A stretch of 64,000 bases of DNA from Gammaproteobacteria bacterium. Lineage in GTDB: Bacteria > Pseudomonadota > Gammaproteobacteria > JAJFKG01. The stretch's first letter is position 1; each line of letters begins with the position of its first letter. Where the stretch lies: the NCBI GenBank assembly GCA_965116795.1, contig OZ220716.1, positions 426,503-490,502 of the forward strand, read 5' to 3'. Shown one piece after another: positions 28,766 through 40,150 of the stretch. Made by a program: the position numbers and the translations under genes. The notes under the pieces were generated by a model. That model searched no databases. It worked only from the letters and a program-made list of their open reading frames with translations, and had not been told where the DNA came from.

Positions 28766-30715
28766 ATGGCAAAAAATCAAAAACGCATGTTAATCATGCA
28801 ATCATTAAGTTTTCTATTGTTATGTATAACCATCATGCTAGTCTGGCATGTTGGTGATCAACTGCATATTGCTGGGTATACCCCATTAGCAACATCATTA
28901 AGTCGCACAGTTGTTAACAGTCTATTTATCATTTGTTGGTTATCACTTATTTTAAGAAAAACCAAACAACCCTTTATTTTTTCGTCACGCCAAGCTAAAA
29001 CCAGAGCAATGTTAACATTACTGAATCACCGATTTTATGGTGCCATTCATTTTTTAAAACGCACATCGACAAAATCGAAAACACAAACAAATCATTTATA
29101 TGACTTACCTTGGTATTTAGTTATCGGGCCACCTGGCTCTGGTAAAACAACACTGCTAGCAAAATCAGGTTTATCATTCTCGCTAGCCAAACAACAAAAT
29201 AATATTCAATCAACAGAATTGTGTGACTGGTGGGTAAGTCGTGAAGCTGTGTTTTTAGATACAACTGGACAATTCTGCCCAACAACGAAATATATGCTGC
29301 ATTATAAAATACTGTGGCATCGCTTATTACAACTGATTAAAGAACAAGGCCAGACACGCTTAAATGGTATCATATTAGTGTTAGATTTACCGGGCATCGC
29401 TAAATTACCACACAACAAAAAATTATTGCTATACCATAATATACGTTCAAATTTGGCTGTTGTTAAAAAATGCTTACCAACTGAAATTCCTGTGTATTTG
29501 ATATGTAATCAGTGTGACCGCATTCTCGGTTTCCAGGAATTTTTTGCTGACCTTGGTAAAGAAGAACAGCAGCAAATATGGGGAACAACATTGGCTAACT
29601 CGTATAATATACGACAACGCTCATTATTAACCATTGTAAAAAAAGAATTTTCAGCATTACTTATGCGATTACATGAACGCTTACTATGGCGTTTACATCA
29701 TGAACGCAACCAACAAACAAGGCTATTAATTAAAGACTTTCCCGTACAGTTAGACATGCTCAGCAAACAAATACTATTAGCTATTAAACAGATGGCTAAT
29801 ACTAGCAAACTATTGTGGCTACGCGGCATTTACTTAACTAGCAGCACGCAAACTAACGATATAGAAGATTATGTATTATCTACGGTGCAAAAAAACTTAA
29901 ATTTGCCAGACATAGCTACTCATCGATTACAAACTGTATCTTATCATCAGCCAACTGCACTTTTTTCTAAACATTTTCTACAACAATTATTACAGCAAGA
30001 TCAACACTTAGTATCAAAGAATAATGCTCACTTAATTAAAACATGTGGACGGCATACAACCATTATTTCTGTTAGCATTATTGTATTTTATTGCGCATTT
30101 ACTTGGTCACAACAATTAAATCAATACAATAAACGTATTGTGCAGATTGAAAAAACACTTGCTAATTACCAAGTGCTCACTGCAATTATACAAAAATCTA
30201 CGCCAACTGATGTCAATCACGATACTCAACAGTCTACTCGTCATAGAGTAAGACTTATTCTACCTGCATTGAATGCAGCACAATCAGCTACAGATATGTT
30301 ATCAACGGTCCAATTAACACGGCTTACACGTTGGCTCAGCAACAATCATCAACAACTGTATGACAATGTACAACAACTCTATCAACAGGCACTGGTACAA
30401 TTACTCACACCAGAAATAATGCATATTGTGTATACGAAATTATTGAATACACATGAATATACATCAGCAGATTTTTACAGTGATTTAGAAGTATACTTAA
30501 TGCTAGGCCAACCCAAACACTTAAATTATAGCCTTGTACATGCTTGGCTAAATGCTTATTGGCAACAATTGTTTCCTGATGATGAAACAATCCAACAACA
30601 ATTAAAGCAACATACCTCAAATTGGTTAGCAGGCACATTAGAACCCATCAAATTAGATGATACGTTACTAGCAAAAATACATGAAGAAATAGAAAAGCAA
30701 CAGCAGAATAGTTAA
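28766..30715 (+). CDS. icmF: IcmF/TssM family protein, C-terminally short
   Basis: Two N-terminal TMs; LYDLPWYLVIGPPGSGKTT, CDWW, DTTG, LRGIYLTS and YLMLG motifs; only 649 aa. Confidence 0.85.
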   Translation: MAKNQKRMLIMQSLSFLLLCITIMLVWHVGDQLHIAGYTPLATSLSRTVVNSLFIICWLSLILRKTKQPFIFSSRQAKTRAMLTLLNHRFYGAIHFLKRTSTKSKTQTNHLYDLPWYLVIGPPGSGKTTLLAKSGLSFSLAKQQNNIQSTELCDWWVSREAVFLDTTGQFCPTTKYMLHYKILWHRLLQLIKEQGQTRLNGIILVLDLPGIAKLPHNKKLLLYHNIRSNLAVVKKCLPTEIPVYLICNQCDRILGFQEFFADLGKEEQQQIWGTTLANSYNIRQRSLLTIVKKEFSALLMRLHERLLWRLHHERNQQTRLLIKDFPVQLDMLSKQILLAIKQMANTSKLLWLRGIYLTSSTQTNDIEDYVLSTVQKNLNLPDIATHRLQTVSYHQPTALFSKHFLQQLLQQDQHLVSKNNAHLIKTCGRHTTIISVSIIVFYCAFTWSQQLNQYNKRIVQIEKTLANYQVLTAIIQKSTPTDVNHDTQQSTRHRVRLILPALNAAQSATDMLSTVQLTRLTRWLSNNHQQLYDNVQQLYQQALVQLLTPEIMHIVYTKLLNTHEYTSADFYSDLEVYLMLGQPKHLNYSLVHAWLNAYWQQLFPDDETIQQQLKQHTSNWLAGTLEPIKLDDTLLAKIHEEIEKQQQNS

Positions 30716-30737
30716 TTCACTGTGGAATTTAGGTTAA
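30714..30737. repeat. Isolated right arm of family A MITE
   Basis: AATTCACTGTGGAATTTAGGTTAA compared with AATTCAACTGTGGATTTTAGGTT. Confidence 0.7.
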
Positions 30738-31792
30738 ACCGCCAATGCGTGTTGCTGCCATTGCTGGAACAACTGTTTTAACTCATTGGTTGCTTTTGCA
30801 ATATTGACTTGGTATTCACGTAATTTCGACTCAGCATAGGCTGCTTCAAATTTTTTAATCTTTGTAATACATTGCTGTATCGACTCTTGCAATTGCTGCA
30901 ATAATTGTGGCTGAGTTTTGTTAGACAGCGCACGTTGACTGACTTCAAAACGCGCTTGTATCAAACGATATTTAGGTACTCGATATAACTTTGATGCTAA
31001 ACCTAACTTTGACAAACCAAAGATAAACCATTTACTAGGATCAAAATGATAAAAACGCACGCCATTACGATAATCACGTGAAAATTGGTGATGGTAGTTA
31101 TGATAACCTTCACCAAATGTAACTAACGCTGATAACCAATTATCACGTGCTGTTGTATCGGTAGCATACTGCTGACCACCTACAATATGGCATAGTGAAT
31201 TAATACAGAATGTACCATGATGCACAAAGGTCAGTCGCAATAAACCAGCAATAATAAATCCTGCTAATGCTTGTCCCCAACATGCAGCAATTAATGTTGG
31301 TAATACTAACCCCATACCAGAAGCAAACCATACATAGTATTGGTGCTGCATACGTAACAATTTGTTACTATTCAAGTCAGCCACATTACTGTAGTCACGT
31401 TTACTGTAATCAAGATGAAATAACCAGCCCATGTGTGCATGCCAAAACCCTTGCTTAATATTATACGGATCACGTGGGGTATCTACATAACGGTGATGAT
31501 TACGATGATCGGTCGCCCATTCCAACACACTGCCTTCAAATGCAGATGCACCAAATAAGATGAAAAACCACTGCACTGGCCGCGATGCTTGATAGGCCTT
31601 ATGGGAAAATAAACGATGGTAGCCTGCGGTAATTGATAAACCACCTGTAATCACCAATACAGCTGTTAACACCCAAGTTTGCCAGACAATATGTGAAAAA
31701 ATGCACAATAATAGTGTGCCGATTAAGCTAGCCAACGGTACGATGCTGAAAAATAAGATATTTTGCCAATTGTAATAGCGAGATTTCGACAT
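30734..31792 (-). CDS. Delta-9 acyl-CoA/acyl-lipid desaturase
   Basis: His boxes HRLFSH, HRNHH and GEGYHNYHH. Confidence 0.92.
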   Translation of the reverse strand: MSKSRYYNWQNILFFSIVPLASLIGTLLLCIFSHIVWQTWVLTAVLVITGGLSITAGYHRLFSHKAYQASRPVQWFFILFGASAFEGSVLEWATDHRNHHRYVDTPRDPYNIKQGFWHAHMGWLFHLDYSKRDYSNVADLNSNKLLRMQHQYYVWFASGMGLVLPTLIAACWGQALAGFIIAGLLRLTFVHHGTFCINSLCHIVGGQQYATDTTARDNWLSALVTFGEGYHNYHHQFSRDYRNGVRFYHFDPSKWFIFGLSKLGLASKLYRVPKYRLIQARFEVSQRALSNKTQPQLLQQLQESIQQCITKIKKFEAAYAESKLREYQVNIAKATNELKQLFQQWQQHALAV

Positions 31793-31928
31793 GATTTTCC
31801 TTACATTAACAATGTGTTATATAAAACAAATTTATGAATTGTGACAAGCATAGCGGATCCACCCTATTGATACAAGCAATAAGACCGTGCAGGCCGATTT
31901 GAACTGCGACGACATCGTGGCATCAATA

Positions 31929-33128
31929 TTATCGATACTGGCCAAACACCGCATCTAATTGGGTTAATACGTGGGTTAACTGTTCTTCAGTAATCACTAA
32001 TGGTGGTGACAAACGCACTACCACTTCATGTGTCTCACGACTAATAATACCTCGCGATAACAATGCTAAACAAATATCGCGTGCACTGGCATATTCGGGA
32101 TGCACTTCAATACCAATCATTAATCCTTTACCACGGATCGCTTTAATCGCAGGGCTGTTAATACGCTGTAACCCTGACATAAAAAATTTCCCAAGCTTGT
32201 GTGCACGTTCAACTAATTGTTCATCACATAATACACTTAATGCTGCTTTACCCACAGCAGCTGCTAAGCAATATCCACCAAATGTGCTGCCATGTGTACC
32301 TGGGGTAAATACATCCATAATCGGATTGTTGGCTAACACTAATGATACTGGAATTAAACCACCGCCTAGTGCTTTACCCAGGATCAAACAATCTGGTTTA
32401 ACATGCTCGTGTTGCGACGCAATTAATTTTCCAGTACGTCCTAAACCTGTTTGAATTTCATCACACATTAATAATACATTATGCTTACGACATAAACGCG
32501 CACATTCATGCAAATAACCATTCGGTGGCACGATAATCCCACCTTCACCTTGGATCGGTTCAACTAAAAATGCAGCGGTATTCGGTGTAATGGCTTGGGC
32601 TAATGCATTAGGATCACCATAAGGGATTGTGGTAAACCCAGATGTAAAGGGACCAAAGTCCGCACGATAACCACCTTGTGTAGAAAAACCGGTAATAGTT
32701 ACAGTGCGTCCATGAAAATTACCTTGACATGCAATAATCTCAGCACAATCTTCAGCTACACCTTTAACAGTATACGCCCATTTGCGTGCTGCTTTAATTG
32801 CTGTTTCGACAGCTTCTGCACCCGTGTTCATCGGTAAACATTTATCATAACCAAATAACTCACACGCTGTTTTTAAAAAATCTCCCAATACATTGTTATG
32901 ACATGCACGCGATACAATGCTTAATTGATTTGCTTGCGCAGTTAATGCAGCAACTAACTTTGGATGACAATGCCCATGACTAACTGCAGAATACGCTGCC
33001 ATCATGTCAATATAGGACTTGCCCTGCTTATCCCATAAACACGCACCCTCACCTTTAACAAACACAACAGGTAACGGATTATAATTATGTGCACCATATT
33101 GTATTTCTAGATCGATCATCGTTGACAT
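31929..33128 (-). CDS. rocD: Ornithine--oxo-acid aminotransferase
   Basis: GAHNYNPLP, YSAVSHGHCHP, DEIQTGLGRTG and LGKALGGG motifs; follows arginase. Confidence 0.92.
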   Translation of the reverse strand: MSTMIDLEIQYGAHNYNPLPVVFVKGEGACLWDKQGKSYIDMMAAYSAVSHGHCHPKLVAALTAQANQLSIVSRACHNNVLGDFLKTACELFGYDKCLPMNTGAEAVETAIKAARKWAYTVKGVAEDCAEIIACQGNFHGRTVTITGFSTQGGYRADFGPFTSGFTTIPYGDPNALAQAITPNTAAFLVEPIQGEGGIIVPPNGYLHECARLCRKHNVLLMCDEIQTGLGRTGKLIASQHEHVKPDCLILGKALGGGLIPVSLVLANNPIMDVFTPGTHGSTFGGYCLAAAVGKAALSVLCDEQLVERAHKLGKFFMSGLQRINSPAIKAIRGKGLMIGIEVHPEYASARDICLALLSRGIISRETHEVVVRLSPPLVITEEQLTHVLTQLDAVFGQYR

Positions 33129-33132
33129 AATA

Positions 33133-34044
33133 CTATTTCCTTAATGCAAATAAACTGTGTGCTAACTTAGCAATGACTTGTTGGGTTTGTTGATTGTGAT
33201 CTAATGATGGATTGTATTCAGCAATCTCAGCACCCACCAAATTTGGATCACCACGTAATTGAGTGAACAGATCACAACAGGTATTTACATCAATGCCATC
33301 AGCAACCGGTGAGCCAACGCCAGGAACTTGTTTAGGAGCATATCCATCTAAGTCAATACTGATCCCATATGCAACTGTACCATTTTTCACGATAGTTAGC
33401 GCCTCTTGCAATACTTGCGCTAGACCACGTTGTTTAATCTCATCCATGTAAAAAACACGCACACCTAACTGTTGTAATAATGCAGCTTCACCAGATTCAA
33501 AGCTGCGCACACCGACTAAACAAACATGTTGTGGATCGAGCACACGTGTTGTATTGATATGGATTAACCGCTTATCACCATAACCTAACAGACATGCTAA
33601 TGGCATTCCATGAATACAGTTACTCAGAGAAGTTACAAAGGTATGGCTATCCATATGTGCATCTATCCACAACAAACCAAATGCTGCATTAACTGATAAT
33701 CCAGCTAACACGCCATACCAGGTACCAATCGCACATGAATGATCACCACCAATCGTTAAAAATGGTTGCCGTTTTGCGACGCATGCTGTTGTAATTTGAC
33801 TTAATGTGTTGCAATCAGCACTCACTTGATTAATTACCGTTTCTAATACGGCGGGATCATCAAGTGTCTCAATAGGTGTATTAATGATTGTATGCCATTG
33901 ACTGGAAAGATCAGAACATTTTTCAAAAACAGCATTGCTTTGCAAATCTAACGGGCCTGATTGACAACCCGGATCACGCGCACCAAGTCCCCAGGCAGCA
34001 CCAATTAATGCAAGTGGTAATGTTTGTGATAATTTCGATTGCAT
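33133..34044 (-). CDS. rocF: Arginase
   Basis: GGDHS, DAHMD, HGMP, SIDLDG and EYNP motifs. Confidence 0.92.
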   Translation of the reverse strand: MQSKLSQTLPLALIGAAWGLGARDPGCQSGPLDLQSNAVFEKCSDLSSQWHTIINTPIETLDDPAVLETVINQVSADCNTLSQITTACVAKRQPFLTIGGDHSCAIGTWYGVLAGLSVNAAFGLLWIDAHMDSHTFVTSLSNCIHGMPLACLLGYGDKRLIHINTTRVLDPQHVCLVGVRSFESGEAALLQQLGVRVFYMDEIKQRGLAQVLQEALTIVKNGTVAYGISIDLDGYAPKQVPGVGSPVADGIDVNTCCDLFTQLRGDPNLVGAEIAEYNPSLDHNQQTQQVIAKLAHSLFALRK

Positions 34045-34066
34045 AATTATCTCAATATCAATTTAC

Positions 34067-34124
34067 TATACTCAAAGCGTTTTGACTGTAGCTGCCTCGC
34101 CTATAGTCAAAACGCAAAGAGTAT
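34067..34124. repeat. Short palindromic ERIC-like derivative
   Basis: TATACTCAAAGCGTTTTGACTGTAG...CTATAGTCAAAACGCAAAGAGTAT (left arm joined to an inverted left arm). Confidence 0.8.
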
Positions 34125-34284
34125 TAATAGCATAGCAAATTGACACAACAAGACACATTGCATTCTCAACAACACTCGGGTATCTTCACTACTATATACT
34201 GAGTCAGTGCGCAACTTTGTTCGTTGTTGTGCAATAAACCAGTTTGAATTAAGGCACAATCAATCAAACAAAGTTGAATATAAA

Positions 34285-35661
34285 TTGAGCATTATTAACC
34301 GTTTTACCCAGCAGCTTACTACTGTATTACGCTCTTTACGATCACGTCCTGTCACAACAGCACAACAGTATCCTAACGCCATTATTATTCCGCGACAGCA
34401 GCACGGTATTTCACGCAAACAAATCAACGTTAATGCATTAAAAGTATTATACCGTTTACACAATGCTGGATTTAGTGCGTATTTAGTTGGCGGCAGTGTA
34501 CGTGATTTATTATTGCAACGTGCACCAAAAGATTTCGATGTTGCCACTAATGCGCATCCTGAAGAAGTACGTCGTTTATTTACTAATTGTCGCTTGATTG
34601 GACGACGCTTTCGTTTAGCGCATGTATTTTTTGGTAGAGACATTATTGAAGTCGCTACATTTCGTGCTCACCACCACGATGCAGATAATTCACAACAAGC
34701 TTATATGCAAAATGGACAAATTATTCGTGACAATGTTTACGGTACGATCGATGATGATGCACAACGGCGTGATTTTACGATTAATGCACTGTATTACAAT
34801 ATTGCTGATTTCTCAGTTGTTGATTTCAGCACAGGGATGGCAGACATCCAGCAAGGGATTATCCGCATATTAGGTGATCCTGAACAACGTTATCGTGAAG
34901 ATCCAGTACGGATGCTACGTGCCATTCGATTTGCAGTCAAAACAGGTTTTAATATTGAAAAAAATACTAAAACTCCACTGTTTAGTTACAGTCATTTACT
35001 GAAAAATGTGCCTAAAGCTCGCTTGTTTGAAGAAATCTGTAAGCTACTGTCTTCAGGACAAAGTGTGGCAGCCTTTGCTAAATTAGAACATTATCAGATG
35101 CTAGCATACTTGCTACCACTCACTGATGAACACATCAATAATACAAAACAACAACTCGACCAAGACACTATATTATATAATCGTCGCTTTATTGAGTCCA
35201 TGCTCGCTAATACTGACGAACGTATTGCTAATGGAAGGCCAGTTACCCCTGCTTTTTTCTTAGCAGTATTATTATGGCCAACACTGCAACAACACATGCA
35301 AGCACTGCTTGATAAAAGTATCCCAACATTTACTGCACTGGATATGGCAAGCAATCAAGTACTCGACATACAATTAACTATTTTTGCTATTCAAAAACGG
35401 TTCACATTAACTGTGCGCGATATTTGGTATTTACAATACCAATTGCCTGCAAGGTATCGTGCGCCTAATCTAATAACACGATTAAAATTTCGTGCTGGTT
35501 ATGACTTTCTATTACTGCGTGTGCAAAGTGGTGAACATCAATTAGCAGAATTAGCAACGTGGTGGACAGACTACCAAGAAGCAAATCCACAAGTAAAACA
35601 CGATATGATTGCTGCATTACCCAAACCAAAACGCCGTAAACGTCGACGCCAGCGCAAATGA
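34285..35661 (+). CDS. pcnB: Poly(A) polymerase I (start uncertain, non-AUG)
   Basis: LVGGSVRDLL, KDFDVAT, LIGRRFRLAHV, RRDFTIN and EDPVRMLRA motifs; basic C-tail; upstream of folK. Confidence 0.93.
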   Translation: MSIINRFTQQLTTVLRSLRSRPVTTAQQYPNAIIIPRQQHGISRKQINVNALKVLYRLHNAGFSAYLVGGSVRDLLLQRAPKDFDVATNAHPEEVRRLFTNCRLIGRRFRLAHVFFGRDIIEVATFRAHHHDADNSQQAYMQNGQIIRDNVYGTIDDDAQRRDFTINALYYNIADFSVVDFSTGMADIQQGIIRILGDPEQRYREDPVRMLRAIRFAVKTGFNIEKNTKTPLFSYSHLLKNVPKARLFEEICKLLSSGQSVAAFAKLEHYQMLAYLLPLTDEHINNTKQQLDQDTILYNRRFIESMLANTDERIANGRPVTPAFFLAVLLWPTLQQHMQALLDKSIPTFTALDMASNQVLDIQLTIFAIQKRFTLTVRDIWYLQYQLPARYRAPNLITRLKFRAGYDFLLLRVQSGEHQLAELATWWTDYQEANPQVKHDMIAALPKPKRRKRRRQRK

Positions 35662-36119
35662 AAAATACGATTTGTTATATTGGACTAGGTAGCAACTTAG
35701 CCAACCCACCGCAGCAATTACACACTGCCATTGCTAAATTATCTGCATTACCTTATATCCAGGTTATTAACATATCACAATTTTATCAGACAACACCGGT
35801 CGGCCCACAAGATCAGCCAGATTTTGTTAATGCCGTCGTAGCAATCGACACGTCTCTTAATGCCATAGATTTACTCAGTCAACTACAACATATTGAGCAA
35901 CAACAAGGACGAATACGTCAACAACGTTGGGGACCACGCACTTTAGATTTAGATTTATTGTTATATGGCGATGCTATTATTAATACGCCACAACTCACTG
36001 TGCCACATCCTGAATTACTAAACCGACGTTTTGTGATAGAACCTTTATTAGAAATCGCACCGATGCTGACATTGCCAGATGGCGGTTACTTAAGAGATCT
36101 CGCTAGTCATTTAAATTAA
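35658..36119 (+). CDS. folK: 2-amino-4-hydroxy-6-hydroxymethyldihydropteridine pyrophosphokinase
   Basis: YIGLGSNL, QPDFVNAV and RWGPRTLDLD motifs. Confidence 0.96.
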   Translation: MKNTICYIGLGSNLANPPQQLHTAIAKLSALPYIQVINISQFYQTTPVGPQDQPDFVNAVVAIDTSLNAIDLLSQLQHIEQQQGRIRQQRWGPRTLDLDLLLYGDAIINTPQLTVPHPELLNRRFVIEPLLEIAPMLTLPDGGYLRDLASHLN

Positions 36120-36595
36120 TAGGTCGACCGTTTGCTCGCTTGCCAGAGAGTCAACAATTCTTCGCATTCCTCACGCAAAAAATCTGGCACAATGTCGAGT
36201 TGTGCTTTGCCCAGACGGCACATGTCTTGATTAGAAATTGATAATTCACGAAAACCCAGACGGCTAACATCACTAATATTAGTACCATAGATAATCCGAT
36301 CGATATTGGCCCAATGAATCGCTGAAAAACACATTGGACAGGGCTCAGTGGTAGAATAAATTACGCAGCTTTGCAAGTCATAAGTTCCTAATACTTTACT
36401 AGCAAAACGGATGGCATTGACTTCAGCATGACAAGTGGCATCTTCTGATAAGACCGTATTATGAGCAATAGCAATGATATTGTCATCTTTGACGATACAA
36501 GCACCGAACGGCCCACCATCATCAGCATCAACACCAGTTTTAGCATTATCGATGGCGGCACGCATAAATGTAGCATCAAGGGGGGACTGTTTCAA
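36116..36595 (-). CDS. Guanine/nucleoside deaminase (CDA fold, GuaD-like)
   Basis: GGPFGA, HAE, EPCPMC and AIHWA motifs. Confidence 0.87.
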   Translation of the reverse strand: MKQSPLDATFMRAAIDNAKTGVDADDGGPFGACIVKDDNIIAIAHNTVLSEDATCHAEVNAIRFASKVLGTYDLQSCVIYSTTEPCPMCFSAIHWANIDRIIYGTNISDVSRLGFRELSISNQDMCRLGKAQLDIVPDFLREECEELLTLWQASKRSTY

Positions 36596-36735
36596 AAAAG
36601 TTAGCCCTTTAAATAACTAGAAAATACATTCTAACATTCTAACATTATTTGTAAATGCTAGTTAATCAAGTTTCCGGGATAATAGACAAAATGTGATGGT
36701 AAAACGAGTTTAGCTTAAGCTAATGATTTTTTAGG

Positions 36736-36936
36736 TTGCTTCGTTCAGAAGAAGATGATGATGCAGAATCAGTAGACATATTTAAATTGATTCATGCCAA
36801 GTATGCTGTTGCAATACATTTCGGTACTTTTCAATTAACTAATGAAACGTATACTGCACCGGTAACCGATTTAGAACACAGTTTAACAGCAGCACATATT
36901 TCAAATAAGCGTTTTCAAGTATTAGATGTTGGTTAG
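36736..36936 (+). pseudogene. C-terminal remnant of an MBL-fold metallo-hydrolase (RomA/NAPE-PLD-like)
   Basis: AVAIHFGTFQLTNE motif present; no HxHxDH N-terminal part. Confidence 0.62.
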
Positions 36937-36962
36937 AGTTAGCAAGTGCCAATAAACTGATA

Positions 36963-39044
36963 TTATTGTTTGTATTTATTCAGCAACAATGCTTGTGCAT
37001 AAACAGGTTTGGCTTTTCCAGGTGTCAACCGTTTGTACGTTCCATTTGCTTGTAGGCGCCAGCTATGCGTATTATCAGATAATAATAATTCTAATGAATC
37101 TTGTCGTAATTGTTTCATTAATTTCTTATCTTCAACTGGAAAACACAATTCAACACGTTTATAAAAATTACGTGCCATAAAATCAGCACTGGCACAAAAT
37201 AATTTTTCATCGCCCCCATGGTAAAAATAAAAAACCCTACTGTGTTCTAAAAACTGTCCTAATACCGAATAAACACGGATATTCTTCGATATCCCTTTAA
37301 CACCCGGGCGTAGACAACAAATACCTCGAATAATTAAATCAATTTTAACGCCAGCATTAGATGCTTTATATAAAGCACGAATCACTTTTTCTTCGGTCAA
37401 TGAATTTACTTTTAATATAATGTGTGCACGTTTTCCTGCTGTTGCTTGTGCTATTTCAAACTTAATCATTTCCAAAATAAAGGTATGTAGACCAAATGGT
37501 GCATAGTGTAGTTTATGCAATGTATTGGCTTTGCCCATGCCAGTAATGTGTTGAAAGATACGCTGCACATCACGACCAATATCTTGATCATAGGTGAGCA
37601 AACCAACATCAACATATTGTTTGGCAGTCTTTTCATGGTAATTACCAGTTCCAAGGTGCACATAATGGCGTAACTTGCGGCCTTCACGACGCACGATTAA
37701 CGTCATTTTTGCATGGATTTTATAGCCCATTACACCATATACCACCAACGCCCCTGCCTCTTGCAATGTATTGGCTAATGCAATGTTATGTGCTTCATCA
37801 AAACGTGCACGCAATTCAACAACGACCGTAACTTGTTTACCTGCACGCGCTGCATTCGCCAGCGCATTAATCATTTCAGAATCGGCACTAATTCGATAAA
37901 TTGTTTGTTTAATGGCTAGCACATTGGGATCGGCTGTTGCTTGACGAATAAAATCAACAACAACAGTAAATTGTTGGTAAGGATGATACAGTAATACATC
38001 ACGTTGTTGGATGATTGCGAATAAGTCACCATTCTTTTTGTAATTAACTGGCATCGACGGTACAAAACTTGGATAACATAAATCGGATCTATCGACGACA
38101 TCTAACAAAGACATATAACGTGACAAGTTAACTGGGCCGGACACTGGGTATAAATCTTCAGTCGATAATCCGTGTTTTTTAAGCAAAAAATCAGATATCT
38201 CTACTGGACAGTCATCAGCAATTTCAAGGCGCACTGCACTGGCAAAGCGTTTTTCAATTAATTCTTGTTTTAATGCCAACGCTAAATCATCTGTATTACC
38301 CTCTTCTAATAATAAATCGCTATCACGGGTTAATCTAAATTGGTAACAACCCGTTACTTTCATCCCTGAAAATAATTCACTGGCATGGGTTTGAATAATT
38401 GTTGTTAATAATACAAAGTTATAGTGATGTTGTTCATCTTGATCTTCTGCTGGGATCTGAATCAGTCGTGGTAGCGATCGTGGTGCGTGCACAATGGCCA
38501 AGCCACTACCTCGCCCAAAAGCATCTTCTCCTTCCAGTGATACAATAAAATTTAAACTCTTATTAGCCAAACGCGGAAATGGATGTGCCAGATCCAATGC
38601 AACAGGGCTTAGCATTGGCAAGATATCCGTCATAAAATAACGCTGTAACCAATCGCGTTTGGTTTTGGTTAATTGTGCTTCAGTTAAAAACCTAACGTGT
38701 TGCTTTTCTAACTGTGGGATAAATTCATCATGAAACAATGTATGTAAACGTGTTTCCATAGCATGTGCACGTTCACTTAATTGATTTAATACATCACTAG
38801 GTGGTAATCCATCCGGATCAGTCGGCGTATTACTATACGTTAACTGTTGCTTTAGACCTGCTACCCGAATTTCAAAAAATTCATCTAAGTTAGCGCTGCA
38901 AATAAATAAAAAACGTAAGCGCTCCAACAGCGGAGTTTGTTTATCTTCAGCTAATGCCAATACACGTTCATTGAACTGCAGCAAACTGAGTTCACGATTA
39001 AGGTACCACTGTTTATCTTTGAGATCAGGTTGTGAATTTGCCAT
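36963..39044 (-). CDS. ppk1: Polyphosphate kinase 1
   Basis: NRELSLLQFNERVL, HPFP, ELRARFDE, KIHAK and GTGNY motifs. Confidence 0.96.
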   Translation of the reverse strand: MANSQPDLKDKQWYLNRELSLLQFNERVLALAEDKQTPLLERLRFLFICSANLDEFFEIRVAGLKQQLTYSNTPTDPDGLPPSDVLNQLSERAHAMETRLHTLFHDEFIPQLEKQHVRFLTEAQLTKTKRDWLQRYFMTDILPMLSPVALDLAHPFPRLANKSLNFIVSLEGEDAFGRGSGLAIVHAPRSLPRLIQIPAEDQDEQHHYNFVLLTTIIQTHASELFSGMKVTGCYQFRLTRDSDLLLEEGNTDDLALALKQELIEKRFASAVRLEIADDCPVEISDFLLKKHGLSTEDLYPVSGPVNLSRYMSLLDVVDRSDLCYPSFVPSMPVNYKKNGDLFAIIQQRDVLLYHPYQQFTVVVDFIRQATADPNVLAIKQTIYRISADSEMINALANAARAGKQVTVVVELRARFDEAHNIALANTLQEAGALVVYGVMGYKIHAKMTLIVRREGRKLRHYVHLGTGNYHEKTAKQYVDVGLLTYDQDIGRDVQRIFQHITGMGKANTLHKLHYAPFGLHTFILEMIKFEIAQATAGKRAHIILKVNSLTEEKVIRALYKASNAGVKIDLIIRGICCLRPGVKGISKNIRVYSVLGQFLEHSRVFYFYHGGDEKLFCASADFMARNFYKRVELCFPVEDKKLMKQLRQDSLELLLSDNTHSWRLQANGTYKRLTPGKAKPVYAQALLLNKYKQ

Positions 39045-39089
39045 AAGCCAATCTAATACTTACTAATACATTAGCAGATCATCAGGTAT

Positions 39090-40106
<1,017 letters not shown>

Positions 40107-40150
40107 TTATAATGATGATTAACTGCAACAAGCCTAATGAGGCACAGAAT

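Noticed and set aside
27951-30715. Complete type VI secretion system
   Set aside because: No tssB/C, hcp, vgrG, tssJ/K or clpV in the window
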